Origin: a virus
Taxonomy: Duplodnaviria; Caudoviricetes
Length of the DNA: 48,833 nt
Reading direction: 5' to 3' (one strand)
IMG/VR virus record: IMGVR_UViG_3300049298_000007
Coordinates: 1 to 48,833 of that record
Made by a program: the position numbers and the translations under genes. Position 1 is the stretch's first letter. Every line of letters starts with the position of its first letter. Under the pieces are notes generated by a model that saw only the letters and a program-made list of their open reading frames with translations, searched no databases and had not been told where the DNA came from. Of the stretch, positions 8,059-17,241 are shown in pieces.

Positions 8059-8480
8059 GACCGGCCCCCTGACCCGCCGGTGGCGCTGCCACCGTCACCG
8101 ACGATCGTTGCCGACCCGCCGTTGCCGCCACGGCCGACCCGCCCGCCCGGAGCGAACGTGACCGACCCCGGCTCGCCCGGGTAGGCCGCCGTACCGGCAC
8201 CGCCGCCCTTCAGCATGACCGCCAGGCCCCGGCCGGATTCGTTGCCCAGGACAAGCATTCCCAGGACGTGCTGTGCCCAGCCCAGGAGCGCCCACCACAG
8301 CAGCGCCGACACGACCGCCGCCAGGGCCACGCCCCACAGGGTGTAGGTCGGCCAGTCGGTCGCCGTCCAGACGAGCTGCCCGGCCAGCAGGCCACCGAAC
8401 AGCGACCATGCCACGAACATCCACTTCAGCAGGGACAGGACGAACACGACCCGTCCCGCGCCCTTCACACTGTTGTTCAC
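8055..8480 (-). CDS. Membrane protein with Gly-rich tail
   Basis: Two long hydrophobic segments; GTGA overlap with recT stop. Confidence 0.6.
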   Translation of the reverse strand: MNNSVKGAGRVVFVLSLLKWMFVAWSLFGGLLAGQLVWTATDWPTYTLWGVALAAVVSALLWWALLGWAQHVLGMLVLGNESGRGLAVMLKGGGAGTAAYPGEPGSVTFAPGGRVGRGGNGGSATIVGDGGSATGGSGGRS

Positions 8481-9319
8481 TTCTGCTCCTCGTTGCTCTC
8501 GGCATCGTTCGGGATCTGCTCGGCGTGCCAGGTGGTTGCCTCCGGCGGACCGGTGAGGTCGGCGCGGAATCCGTTGTCGACCTGGAGGGCGGTGGCCAGG
8601 TCGGCGGATTTCGGCATCCACTTGGACAGTTGCCTCAGGCATGTTTTGTGTGCCATGCCCTCGAACTCCGACACCCACGGGCCCACGATCTTGCCCTCGC
8701 GTGTCTTGGCCATCGCGTACTTGTCGCGGTGGGCTTCCATGTCCTCATGGGACTTCAGGTAGAACATGGGCCGCCCGCCCTTGATGTGCACCACGGCGTA
8801 GTAGGCCAGTGCCTTGCCCCGGTCACCGATGATCAGCGGCTCATGGAACAGCTCGTCTTGGGTGCCGTAGGCAACCGAGAACACCCGGTCATTCGCGTGG
8901 ACGGTGCGCGCCGCGATGGCGGCGACCTGCTGGCTTCGGTACCCCAGCTCCACGTAGCCCTGATACCCGATCACCAGCTGGGCTTTGAACCCCTTGGACT
9001 GGTTGTCCCAGAAGGGCAGCAACCAGCCGTGCCCAAGCACGCCGGGCCGTAAACCGAGCTGGCCCATCGTCATCAGGCCGCCCAGCAGTGTCGACGGGTC
9101 GCACAGCGCCAGCTTCGGGGTCTGCCGGACCAGGGTCATGGCGTCGCGTACCAGCTGGCTCGCCTCCGCGCCCTTGGGCATCGCAAGCTTGAACTGGTCC
9201 TCCATCTTGCGGATGTTCGCTGAAGCGCGCTGGATCGCCTCGTCCTGTTCCTTCTGCTTCTCCACCTCGGTGCCCGGCTGGTTGTTGCCTGCGGCCCGGT
9301 TCCGTAGCTCGCTCATCAT
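8477..9319 (-). CDS. recT: RecT-family single-strand annealing protein
   Basis: QLGLRPG.LG..WLLPF, AQLVIGYQGY, MAHKT..R.L.KW.P.S. Confidence 0.93.
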   Translation of the reverse strand: MMSELRNRAAGNNQPGTEVEKQKEQDEAIQRASANIRKMEDQFKLAMPKGAEASQLVRDAMTLVRQTPKLALCDPSTLLGGLMTMGQLGLRPGVLGHGWLLPFWDNQSKGFKAQLVIGYQGYVELGYRSQQVAAIAARTVHANDRVFSVAYGTQDELFHEPLIIGDRGKALAYYAVVHIKGGRPMFYLKSHEDMEAHRDKYAMAKTREGKIVGPWVSEFEGMAHKTCLRQLSKWMPKSADLATALQVDNGFRADLTGPPEATTWHAEQIPNDAESNEEQK

Positions 9320-9627
9320 CACGCCTGCGGGTTGTCATCGACGGGACGCAGGGGCCGGGGTCGCCCCTCGGCAGCGCGCTCCTCCTGCTGCCCGTCGTCG
9401 GTTGCCTCGGGCAACGCGCCCTCGCCGGGGGTCTCCTCCAGGTCGAAGTACAAAACCAGCCGGTCAGTCGCCCGCTGGACCTTGATCTCGATCGCGGCGT
9501 CCAGGATCAGCTCCGCCAGTTCGGCGGTCGTACCGTCGGCCGGTGTGAACGAGTTGAGCAGGTCTTCCAGGTATCCGATGGCTTCGCGGCGGTCGCGGCG
9601 GGTGGGGAGTTTCTTCTGGTGGCTCAT
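9319..9627 (-). CDS. Hypothetical protein
   Basis: SD AGGAG; lies between yqaJ and recT. Confidence 0.6.
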   Translation of the reverse strand: MSHQKKLPTRRDRREAIGYLEDLLNSFTPADGTTAELAELILDAAIEIKVQRATDRLVLYFDLEETPGEGALPEATDDGQQEERAAEGRPRPLRPVDDNPQA

Positions 9628-9642
9628 GGTGGTGTGGTTCTC

Positions 9643-10650
9643 CTACTTCAGGTTAAAACGCGGGTTCGGGTCGTTCTTCGTGATGTAGCCCTCGGCAACC
9701 AGTTCGGCGTGCAGCTCCGGGCGTTCCTTCTCCAGGCGGGCGCGCTGTGCGGCCGTCATCTCGTACTTGGCGTCCGGCCGCTTGTAGGTGAACAACGGCT
9801 CGTCGTTCGGGCCGGTCGCCATCTCCGCGCCGCCCAGCATCTTGATCAGGTTGCCCTTGGCAACGTCGACTTCACGCTTGCCGTTCTTCATCAACCGGCC
9901 GCCTGCGCGGTAGCGGGTGATGTGCTCCTCGGCCTTGTCCAGCTCCGCGCCCTCCAGCCGCCGTGCGCCCTCGCGCTTGGCGAACATGGCGTTCAGTTCC
10001 CTGATCAGCACACCTTCTGCGTCAGCGGACACCGGCGGCGGGGTGTTGTTCTGCACCGACTCCCAGACCTCCAGGGCGGCGGCCATCAGGTAGTCCTCCA
10101 GCTGCTTGTCCCGGGCAACGGTGTACGAGACGAGCTTCTGGCCACCGAGGAGGCAGGCCACGTGCGCATGGGGCAGGCCCGACACCATCAGTTGCCACTG
10201 GACCTGTGCCAGCACGTCGTCCGGCACATCCTCGCGCCACTTACCGGCGACGTACGCAGACCGTGTCTTGACCTCCAGCCCACAGGGAAGAACCCGCAGG
10301 CTGCCGTCAGGGCATGAGTCCACGAGCCGATCCAGGCTGGCGACCATCCACGGGTTATGGCTGTTGGCAAGCACTCCGACGGGCCGGACTGTCGTGCCGT
10401 TCTGGCTGGCCCAGCGCTGCGCTACCGGCTCCTCAAGGATCGTGCCCCATTCGGCCGCTTCCCTGTTGGTGTCGTCGGCGGCGGACTCGTTGCGCTTGGA
10501 GCGCCACACCGTCAGCGCGTTGCCGTACTTGGACAGGCCCAGAATCATCGGCAGGTCCGTGGCGGTGATCGCGGTGCGGCGCACCTTGTACCAGTCATCG
10601 GTGTGCGGCTGGCCGTCGTACACGAGTACGCCAGTCGGGGTCGGGTTCAC
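9643..10650 (-). CDS. YqaJ-like (lambda-exonuclease family) recombination nuclease
   Basis: W...RR..I.ATD, WG..LE, ASLDR, LEVKT, Q.QWQ. Confidence 0.93.
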   Translation of the reverse strand: MNPTPTGVLVYDGQPHTDDWYKVRRTAITATDLPMILGLSKYGNALTVWRSKRNESAADDTNREAAEWGTILEEPVAQRWASQNGTTVRPVGVLANSHNPWMVASLDRLVDSCPDGSLRVLPCGLEVKTRSAYVAGKWREDVPDDVLAQVQWQLMVSGLPHAHVACLLGGQKLVSYTVARDKQLEDYLMAAALEVWESVQNNTPPPVSADAEGVLIRELNAMFAKREGARRLEGAELDKAEEHITRYRAGGRLMKNGKREVDVAKGNLIKMLGGAEMATGPNDEPLFTYKRPDAKYEMTAAQRARLEKERPELHAELVAEGYITKNDPNPRFNLK

Positions 10651-10862
10651 TTGTTGCCCTCCGCATCCTTTTTGGCTTTGTCGAGCTTGCGGCGACACGG
10701 GGTGCAGTCATCCGGCGACGGCTTGTCCACCGGATCAACGGGGCCGAAGTAGAACCCGACGCGACCGCACAGGCTCCACGCGCCCTTGTAGTAGTGGGCT
10801 ACCCGGTCGCCGGGCCGGACGACTCCCCAGCCCCTGTGTACCGGTGTCGTTGCCTCAGCCAT
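10647..10862 (-). CDS. Small zinc-finger protein
   Basis: AHYY...SLCG...CTPC. Confidence 0.6.
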   Translation of the reverse strand: MAEATTPVHRGWGVVRPGDRVAHYYKGAWSLCGRVGFYFGPVDPVDKPSPDDCTPCRRKLDKAKKDAEGNK

Positions 10863-11052
10863 CGGTCTTGGCCAGCGGGTTGACGGGCTTCAGACCGTCG
10901 GGCCAGTCTGTCCAGGGCGGGCCGGTCTGGAGGTCGGCCCGGCCGCCCTCGGTGCCCATGGCCAGCCGACGGCACGTGTTGGTGTGGGACAGGGAGTGAC
11001 AGTCGGGGCACTGCTCGGTCTCCCGCTGTACGTCTGTGAGTTTGTTTGCCAT
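10855..11052 (-). CDS. Small Cys/His protein
   Basis: CPDC...H..TC. Confidence 0.5.
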   Translation of the reverse strand: MANKLTDVQRETEQCPDCHSLSHTNTCRRLAMGTEGGRADLQTGPPWTDWPDGLKPVNPLAKTDG

Positions 11053-11135
11053 TACGCTGGTACCGTTCTCTCTCGCAGGGGATATGCCCCCGGCGGCGAT
11101 GGTTGCTGGTCCTCCCGTTGTTGCCGGGGGCACTC

Positions 11136-11330
11136 TTATGCCTCCTCCTCGGGCTGTGTCGACAGGCTCTGTGCGTACGCCTCCACATCGGCGACGGCCA
11201 GCCGGAACTGCCGCTTGCCGACGTAGCGTTTGGTCAGGATGCCAGCAGCTGCCAGCTCGTACACCTGCCGCTTGGACAGGGAGAGCCTGCGGGCCGCTTC
11301 CCCAACGGTCACCAGGATTGCGGTGTCCAT
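11136..11330 (-). CDS. xis: Excisionase-like HTH_17 DNA-binding protein
   Basis: LVTVGEAARRLSLSKRQVYEL...G.L; adjacent to integrase. Confidence 0.8.
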   Translation of the reverse strand: MDTAILVTVGEAARRLSLSKRQVYELAAAGILTKRYVGKRQFRLAVADVEAYAQSLSTQPEEEA

Positions 11331-11376
11331 GGCCGTCCTCCGTTCTTCTCTATGCCGCTCTGTGTTGCTCCGTGCT

Positions 11377-12633
11377 TCACTGTGCTCCTGGTTGGACGAT
11401 AGCAGACTCAAGGGTGAGCATCGCCCGCCGCGCCAGCTCGATATCGACGTGGCTGTAGATCTTTCGCGCAGCTGCCGTAGAGTGCCCCAGGATCGCCATC
11501 CGAACGTCCTCGTTGATGCCCAGGGCAAGCAACAGGGTGCTCGTGGTGTGACGGGCACTGTGCTCGTCGGTGTCCGGCACGCCCGCCTGCGCCAGCAGGG
11601 CATGCCATTCCTCGCGGTCGTCGGTCGGCTCGATCGGGGAACCGTCGGGCATGGTCCAGATCAGCCCGGCCGCGTTATCGATCGCCGCCGTGTCGCACGA
11701 GTGCTGTTGCAGGGCGCGGGCCAGGATCTCCGGCACCGGTATGACCCGCTTGGACGACTCGGTCTTCGGGGTCACCAGACACAGGTTGCCCTTGACAACC
11801 TCGTAGTCGTAGCCCGGCAGCGTCCGCAGCCGCTTCGCTGGGCAGCCCGCCGCCGTCATCCCGCAGGCAGCCACAGTCGCTGTGGCGGGGACGCAGCCGT
11901 GCCGCCACGGGATGCGCTGAAGCTGCGTGTCGATCGTCAGCGTGCCCGCCTGTTCGTCGTACCGGTCCCAGCGCAGCCCCAGGCACTCGCCCTGACGCAG
12001 GCCCAGCAGCAGCGCCGCCAGCCAGCGCGAGCCGTAGTACCGCCAGCGGGGCAGGTCCAGCGCGGCAAAGATCCGCTGCACCTCAGCCATGGTCAGCGCC
12101 CGGCGGGTGTTGCTCATGGCCCCTTTCGGGTGGTCCACCAGCTCGCACGGGTTGGTGGTGATCAGGCCGTCGCGGATGGCGTCGTTCAAGGCCGCCGACA
12201 GGATCGCGTGGGCGTGACCTGCGGTCGTTGCCGACAGCCCCTTGGTTGCCATGACGTAACGGTGCAGTTCGCGCACGTGCCGGGCGGCGAGGTCGGCCAG
12301 CCGGATCTTGCCCAGGCACGGCATCAGGTAGTTACGGCTGTAGGAGTCGTACGACCGCCACGTGTTCGGGGTCATCTTGGCCTTGCCTGGCACGATCTCG
12401 TCCAGCCAGGTGCGCAGCCAGGCCGCGAGCGGCGTACCGGCCGTGGTGCGGTTCCCGGCCGCGACCTGTTCCCTTGCCTTGCGCAACTTTGTTTGCGCCT
12501 CGGCCATGGTCTTGCCGTACACGGTGCGCCGCTGCCGTTTGCCGTCACGCCAGCCCAGCTCGATCCGGCCCACCCATTGCCCGTCGGCGCGCTGGAATAG
12601 GCCGCCCTCGCCGCGCTGCCGCCGCTTGCTCAT
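11377..12633 (-). CDS. int: Tyrosine integrase
   Basis: GEGGLFQRADG N-terminus; GLRQGE (R), PKT (K), HSARH (HxxR), LGHS, IYSH (Y). Confidence 0.95.
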   Translation of the reverse strand: MSKRRQRGEGGLFQRADGQWVGRIELGWRDGKRQRRTVYGKTMAEAQTKLRKAREQVAAGNRTTAGTPLAAWLRTWLDEIVPGKAKMTPNTWRSYDSYSRNYLMPCLGKIRLADLAARHVRELHRYVMATKGLSATTAGHAHAILSAALNDAIRDGLITTNPCELVDHPKGAMSNTRRALTMAEVQRIFAALDLPRWRYYGSRWLAALLLGLRQGECLGLRWDRYDEQAGTLTIDTQLQRIPWRHGCVPATATVAACGMTAAGCPAKRLRTLPGYDYEVVKGNLCLVTPKTESSKRVIPVPEILARALQQHSCDTAAIDNAAGLIWTMPDGSPIEPTDDREEWHALLAQAGVPDTDEHSARHTTSTLLLALGINEDVRMAILGHSTAAARKIYSHVDIELARRAMLTLESAIVQPGAQ

Positions 12634-12812
12634 TCCGGACCCCTCGGGTGCCGTCGCCGCTCCCCGCACACCAGACAGCGCATCTTGACCGGGTCGGTCG
12701 GCTTGTCGACCTTGGGGTCATACGCCACCACTACGTACCGCGCGTGGCCGGTGGCCGCTGCATGCTTGTCTACGTCCGTCGCCAGCATGACCCCTGCGGT
12801 TGCCTCAGGCAT
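12630..12812 (-). CDS. Small hypothetical protein
   Basis: Coupled to integrase start; RCLVCG. Confidence 0.5.
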   Translation of the reverse strand: MPEATAGVMLATDVDKHAAATGHARYVVVAYDPKVDKPTDPVKMRCLVCGERRRHPRGPE

Positions 12813-13033
12813 CAAAAATCACCTTTCATGAAGTCGCCTACGTTCGGCATGGGGTGGGCCGCCTTGTACTCGGCGTACTCGGTGGCGTGCCCCCGCGAGG
12901 ATGCTTCTGCCTGGTTGCGCCAGATCTCGGTTGCGTCGTCCCAGGCGGCCATCATGCGGCCGTGTCGGCACGAGCAGCGCGGCCCGGTACGGCGTCCTTT
13001 CCACGGGTGGCACCTATCGAGCTTCCGGCTCAT
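12812..13033 (-). CDS. Small hypothetical protein
   Basis: Packed ORF. Confidence 0.5.
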   Translation of the reverse strand: MSRKLDRCHPWKGRRTGPRCSCRHGRMMAAWDDATEIWRNQAEASSRGHATEYAEYKAAHPMPNVGDFMKGDF

Positions 13034-13196
13034 GGAATCTCGCCGTCATCCCAGGCAGGTTCGTACTGCACCAGATGTTGCCCGTGGCCCCTACCCACAC
13101 CCGGTCCCCGACCGCGCCGGGCTGTAGGTGCTTGCGCTCGATCGCCTCGTCACAGTGCTTGCACTTGGTGCCGGTGGCGACCCTCCGGCGCGTCAC
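13014..13196 (-). CDS. Small hypothetical protein
   Basis: CKHC..I...W....C.....HEP motif. Confidence 0.55.
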   Translation of the reverse strand: MTRRRVATGTKCKHCDEAIERKHLQPGAVGDRVWVGATGNIWCSTNLPGMTARFHEPEAR

Positions 13197-13471
13197 GGCG
13201 CGATCCCCAGTGCCATCAGTACGCCGTACATCCCGAGCACGAACCCGCACACGGCGACGATCAGGATGAACGCCGCGTGCTTGGCGTCCGGGTCGGGGGC
13301 GGCCGTCTTGTCGCGGCTCAGGTCCGGCGGATACAGCCGGTCGCCCTCCAGCCAGTCGAGCAGCCGCACGGCCCGGGGCAGGTCGTTGCGGGCCACCGCG
13401 CCGAACACCGCGAGCACAACCCGCACACGGGTGGCGTACCTCGCCACGGGAACGATTGCCTTGGGCATCAT
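13193..13471 (-). CDS. Small membrane protein
   Basis: C-terminal hydrophobic helix; GAGGAGGACCAGCA-ATG. Confidence 0.55.
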   Translation of the reverse strand: MMPKAIVPVARYATRVRVVLAVFGAVARNDLPRAVRLLDWLEGDRLYPPDLSRDKTAAPDPDAKHAAFILIVAVCGFVLGMYGVLMALGIAP

Positions 13472-13635
13472 TGCTGGTCCTCCTCGTCGTTCACGTCCTG
13501 ATACATGTTGTCGAGATCGTCAGCCAGCTTGCGCAGCTTGGCGGCGAACATCTCGCGGCCCTCCACGGCAAGGATGATGACGGCCGCCACCGCGTCACCA
13601 GCGGCGGCCGTCAGACGATCAGATAGCTTGCTCAC
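13468..13635 (-). CDS. Small hypothetical protein
   Basis: GTG start; packed ORF. Confidence 0.45.
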   Translation of the reverse strand: MSKLSDRLTAAAGDAVAAVIILAVEGREMFAAKLRKLADDLDNMYQDVNDEEDQQ

Positions 13636-13643
13636 GGCAACCG

Positions 13644-14243
13644 CTAGGCCGCGAGACCGTACACGTTGTTCAGCAGCGCCCGATCCCGGCCGGTCGCGTA
13701 CTTGAGCGCGTTGATGCACGGGACGTTCCCGTTGATCGTGGCGTTGCAGGTGCTGCCGTACTCGTAGCTCAGCCCCAGGATGTATTCGACGTACAGCGCG
13801 AACCGGTGCGCGATGGCCGTGTCGTTGGGCATGCAGTAGTCGGAGTTGTTGACCTTGATGACGATGTTCTGGTCCCAGATCTCTTTCCCCTGTACCGCGT
13901 CGTAGGTGCGGTGGGTGTTGGCGAACTGGACGCAGGTCGTACCGGCGGCGGTGTAGGTGTCGATGGTCATGCGGTTGGTGATTGAGTAACCGTCGCACCG
14001 GTTCCGGACCGACAGGCTCAGGCCGCTGTTGTAGTCGGTCAGGAAGCTCATCACGTAGGCCATGGAGTAGTTCTCCACGCCGTTGGCCAGGCAGATGGTA
14101 GAACTGGCCGGACGGCCGCCCATTTTCCAGCTCTGATACTGGGCCGACTGGCTGATCTGCGGGGCCGCCTGCGCCTCGGTTGCCGTCAGCAACGGTGCGG
14201 TGAGTAGGCCGACGGCCGCGAGAATCATGGATAGCTTGCGCAT
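13644..14243 (-). CDS. Secreted protein, possibly a catalytically dead metzincin-like fold
   Basis: Signal peptide MRKLSMILAAVGLL...AQA; six Cys; LYVEYILGLSY and T..D...L...Y. Confidence 0.7.
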   Translation of the reverse strand: MRKLSMILAAVGLLTAPLLTATEAQAAPQISQSAQYQSWKMGGRPASSTICLANGVENYSMAYVMSFLTDYNSGLSLSVRNRCDGYSITNRMTIDTYTAAGTTCVQFANTHRTYDAVQGKEIWDQNIVIKVNNSDYCMPNDTAIAHRFALYVEYILGLSYEYGSTCNATINGNVPCINALKYATGRDRALLNNVYGLAA

Positions 14244-14584
14244 TAGTAGGATGCCTTTCTGGTTGTTGTTGCCCTGAGCAAATGCTGCACGTGCCGGATG
14301 TGCGACACGGACCGGCTGTTGTTCAACCGGCGGACTGCCTCCTCCCAGTCGTCGCCCGCGAACTGCGCGACGGTGATCCGCACGGGTGCGGTAAACGCTA
14401 TGTACTGCTCCAGCAGCAGTACGGCTTCGGTGATGCGCGGCCGGGTGTCGCCTACGGCCTTGCACAGCAGGTCCAGGGTGCGGTGGAACTCTGCATCGTG
14501 GTCGAGACGGTAGAGCCACGCCTGCGGGTCGCCAGCGCCCGGCGTCCCCTGCCCGGACTGCATGAACAACAGCACTGCCGTCAC
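14243..14584 (-). CDS. Hypothetical protein
   Basis: Coupled ORF. Confidence 0.5.
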   Translation of the reverse strand: MTAVLLFMQSGQGTPGAGDPQAWLYRLDHDAEFHRTLDLLCKAVGDTRPRITEAVLLLEQYIAFTAPVRITVAQFAGDDWEEAVRRLNNSRSVSHIRHVQHLLRATTTRKASY

Positions 14585-14769
14585 TTCCCCTCGGTGCTGC
14601 GGTAGGCGACGACCGCGCCCACGTTCTCATCGGCTAGCGCGTCCTCGACCAGCACCATTGCAGCCTCGATGCCCTGCGCAACAAACTTCGTCGCCGTGTG
14701 CGCCGACCTGACCGGAGACCGCGTATTGGTTACGCGGGTGAACACCTCCACGTCCCACGTCTCAGCCAT
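14581..14769 (-). CDS. Hypothetical protein
   Basis: Coupled ORF. Confidence 0.5.
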   Translation of the reverse strand: MAETWDVEVFTRVTNTRSPVRSAHTATKFVAQGIEAAMVLVEDALADENVGAVVAYRSTEGK

Positions 14770-15115
14770 CGTTGCCCCTCGCAACTTCCATGAGTGCCTG
14801 CGCGGTACGCCGGAACACCTCGACCACCCGCGTGCGGCCGTTGCCGTTACTGTCGTTCCACTGTGCGACGGTGAGATCGGTGTCGAGCACGAGCGACACG
14901 GCCAGCAGACCGTAGCCGCCCATGGGGTCGTCCCGTTCGGCCAGCTGATAGGCGCGGACGGCGCACACGTGGCCCTTGCGGTCCTCCAGTTGCCCCCGGC
15001 ACCAACCGCGCCGCTCCAGGATGTGCGCGGCCCGCATCAGGCGGCGCGCTTCGATCTCCGGCGCGGGGATCATGGTCAGGTCAACGTCCGTCGGGAAATT
15101 GGGCTTGGCGGTCAT
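14762..15115 (-). CDS. DUF6197-like hypothetical protein
   Basis: AA..L...GW..G......C...A.....WND...R...V...R pattern. Confidence 0.6.
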   Translation of the reverse strand: MTAKPNFPTDVDLTMIPAPEIEARRLMRAAHILERRGWCRGQLEDRKGHVCAVRAYQLAERDDPMGGYGLLAVSLVLDTDLTVAQWNDSNGNGRTRVVEVFRRTAQALMEVARGNDG

Positions 15116-15519
15116 GGGTGGGGTCTCCTGTCTCCCGTGTAGTCCGGATCGTCTGTTGCCTTGGGCAAGTCTTGCCGGTAGGTGTAGCGCAGCTCTACCG
15201 CGTCCCGGTCCACATCGGCCGCCGGTACGACCAGCAGACCGAACAGCCGCAGCCCCTGATCGATGATGTTTCGATCGAGCGCGAGCCCCATCCGGCCGGA
15301 CGCCGCGTCATAGCGCATCACCGGGTCAGCAGCCGCCAGGAACTCCAGGTCGGTATATACGGCGGGATGGACGCAGAACCGCCAGTGCGGCGGCTTCAGG
15401 TCCCCCCAGGGCCGGAGGTCGCCCTGTACGGCGGCGATCATCCGATAAGCGAACTGGCACAGCTCAGCTATGTTGCCCAGGACCGGGGCCCGGCGGCCCG
15501 GTCGCCACGTGTCCATCAC
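15112..15519 (-). CDS. Hypothetical protein
   Basis: Coupled ORF. Confidence 0.55.
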   Translation of the reverse strand: MMDTWRPGRRAPVLGNIAELCQFAYRMIAAVQGDLRPWGDLKPPHWRFCVHPAVYTDLEFLAAADPVMRYDAASGRMGLALDRNIIDQGLRLFGLLVVPAADVDRDAVELRYTYRQDLPKATDDPDYTGDRRPHP

Positions 15520-15773
15520 AGCCTCCAGTGTTTGCCGTCGGCAACGATCCGCCCAACGAGTGCCTGGATCGCCTCAGGCAGTTCTTCCACCGGCCGCATG
15601 ACCTCATCGGTGTACGGGTCGTCGTTCCACGGCACGGTTTGTCCGTGCAGCCGGACCATCTCACCGGCGTTGCCGCGCAGCTCGATTGCCTCCACGAGCA
15701 TCCGGCCGCGTATCACCGCGAACTGGAACTGCTCGTCACTCCACAGCTCCACCACGAGCTTTTTGATGTGCAT
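15516..15773 (-). CDS. Hypothetical protein
   Basis: Coupled ORF. Confidence 0.55.
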   Translation of the reverse strand: MHIKKLVVELWSDEQFQFAVIRGRMLVEAIELRGNAGEMVRLHGQTVPWNDDPYTDEVMRPVEELPEAIQALVGRIVADGKHWRL

Positions 15774-15785
15774 GGCAACGACCCT

Positions 15786-16094
15786 TTACTTGTGGAACGA
15801 ACCGCAGCTGGTGTGGAGGATGCCGCCTTTGGTGGCGGTACCGGCGATGATCGCGTCGGCCTTGCCGCCGCTCGCGATCGTCTTGCCTTTCTTCGTGATC
15901 TTCCAGGTGCAGATTCCCGGCGCGCCGTCGGCGGCGTGCCACAGGCCGTAGGTCTGCTCGCTCATCTTGGACCCGTCAACCAGCTTGATTGTGATGGTCC
16001 GCTTGCCGTCGGGGTTCTGGATGTTCTTGCAGTCCGTCGCGTTCAGCGGAATCAGGGCGGTTGCCATCAGCAACAGCGCTGCGGTCTTGTTCAT
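15786..16094 (-). CDS. Small secreted or lipoprotein-like protein
   Basis: Hydrophobic N-terminus followed by Cys; G.W.....CTW...CG.F motif. Confidence 0.6.
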   Translation of the reverse strand: MNKTAALLLMATALIPLNATDCKNIQNPDGKRTITIKLVDGSKMSEQTYGLWHAADGAPGICTWKITKKGKTIASGGKADAIIAGTATKGGILHTSCGSFHK

Positions 16095-17101
16095 TCGGAC
16101 CCTCCAAAGGTCTCGGCTACTTCGTCGTACCGGTCAGCGATCAGGGCGAGCGTGGCCCGGTCGTTTGCCTCTACCTGCTCGGCGAGGTCGTACCGGTCGT
16201 CGTCACGTTCAGCCTCGACTTGCTCGCGGATCAGGCCGTCGAGCACGTCGGGGTTCAGCGCGTCCAGCTCCCACGATTCGGTGCCGTAGGCATCGATGTA
16301 GGTTCCGGCGCGGGAGTCGGTGAGCTTGGCCGGGTTCGGCGGCGGGTCGTACTGCTCCACCTGATCCATGTTCAGGGCGATCCGGCGCACCTCGAACGGG
16401 GACACCGGCGAGCCGGTGTGCTCACGCATGTGGTCCTCGGTTCGTTGCCACCAGCCACCAGCAGTAGGCTCGCCGATCTCCTCGGTGTGGGCACGGTAGT
16501 AGTCGAGATAGATGAACCGTTCCAGCCGCTCCCCGATATCCCGCGTCATGTCGATGCCGGACGGGTCGTGGTCGCCCAGGTGCAGGATCAGCACCCGCTG
16601 GCCGCCCTCGATGTAGCCCAGGTGCCGCTGCCCGGCCGCCCACTGCTCCGACTGGCTGACGTACCCACGGCACGCGAACCAGTCGAGATCCAGCTCAGCC
16701 GCCGTACGTTCGATGACCCCGGCAAGTGCTTCCTTCTCCACCCACAGCTCGATCCGCACCGGCTGGTCAAGCCACTTGTCGCGCCGGAAACTGGCCGCCG
16801 CCGAATTGATCACGCTGGCCGGACTGGTCCAGTGCGACGTTCCCCGCAGGTTGCGGGTACGGTCCACGATGTAATCCCAGTCGAGCAACCCGGCCATCCG
16901 TGCCCGGCTGATGATGTTGCCCAGCTTGTCGTAGGACTTCTGGCTGTTGGGAAGGATGCCCCGGGCAACGAACTGGTAGTACAGCTGCCGCAGGGTCAGG
17001 TCGTAGCCCTGTGCCCGGTACGCCCGGCAGATCCCCTCAGCCGCCTGAATGATCTGGATGGCGTCGGCACGCGGGTTCCACGTCTCATAGGCGCGCCTCA
17101 T
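16091..17101 (-). CDS. Topoisomerase VI subunit A/Spo11-like TOPRIM protein
   Basis: TLRQLYY (winged-helix Tyr), WVEK, RGY.S, GDHDPSG (DxD), WELDAL. Confidence 0.82.
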   Translation of the reverse strand: MRRAYETWNPRADAIQIIQAAEGICRAYRAQGYDLTLRQLYYQFVARGILPNSQKSYDKLGNIISRARMAGLLDWDYIVDRTRNLRGTSHWTSPASVINSAAASFRRDKWLDQPVRIELWVEKEALAGVIERTAAELDLDWFACRGYVSQSEQWAAGQRHLGYIEGGQRVLILHLGDHDPSGIDMTRDIGERLERFIYLDYYRAHTEEIGEPTAGGWWQRTEDHMREHTGSPVSPFEVRRIALNMDQVEQYDPPPNPAKLTDSRAGTYIDAYGTESWELDALNPDVLDGLIREQVEAERDDDRYDLAEQVEANDRATLALIADRYDEVAETFGGSE

Positions 17102-17241
17102 GACATGCCCTCGGAGTGCGCCGGGTCGCTGTCGGTGTGGACCTTGCCGCACGTGTCACACGGCTTGTTGTCGTCGGCAACGATCGGGATTGAATCAAGG
17201 CCCTCGAACGGGTCGGGGTCATTGCCCCATGCAACGGTCAT
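17098..17241 (-). CDS. Small protein (47 aa, below the ORF-track cutoff)
   Basis: GAGGACCAGCC-ATG; CDTCGKVH; ATGA overlaps on both sides. Confidence 0.5.
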   Translation of the reverse strand: MTVAWGNDPDPFEGLDSIPIVADDNKPCDTCGKVHTDSDPAHSEGMS

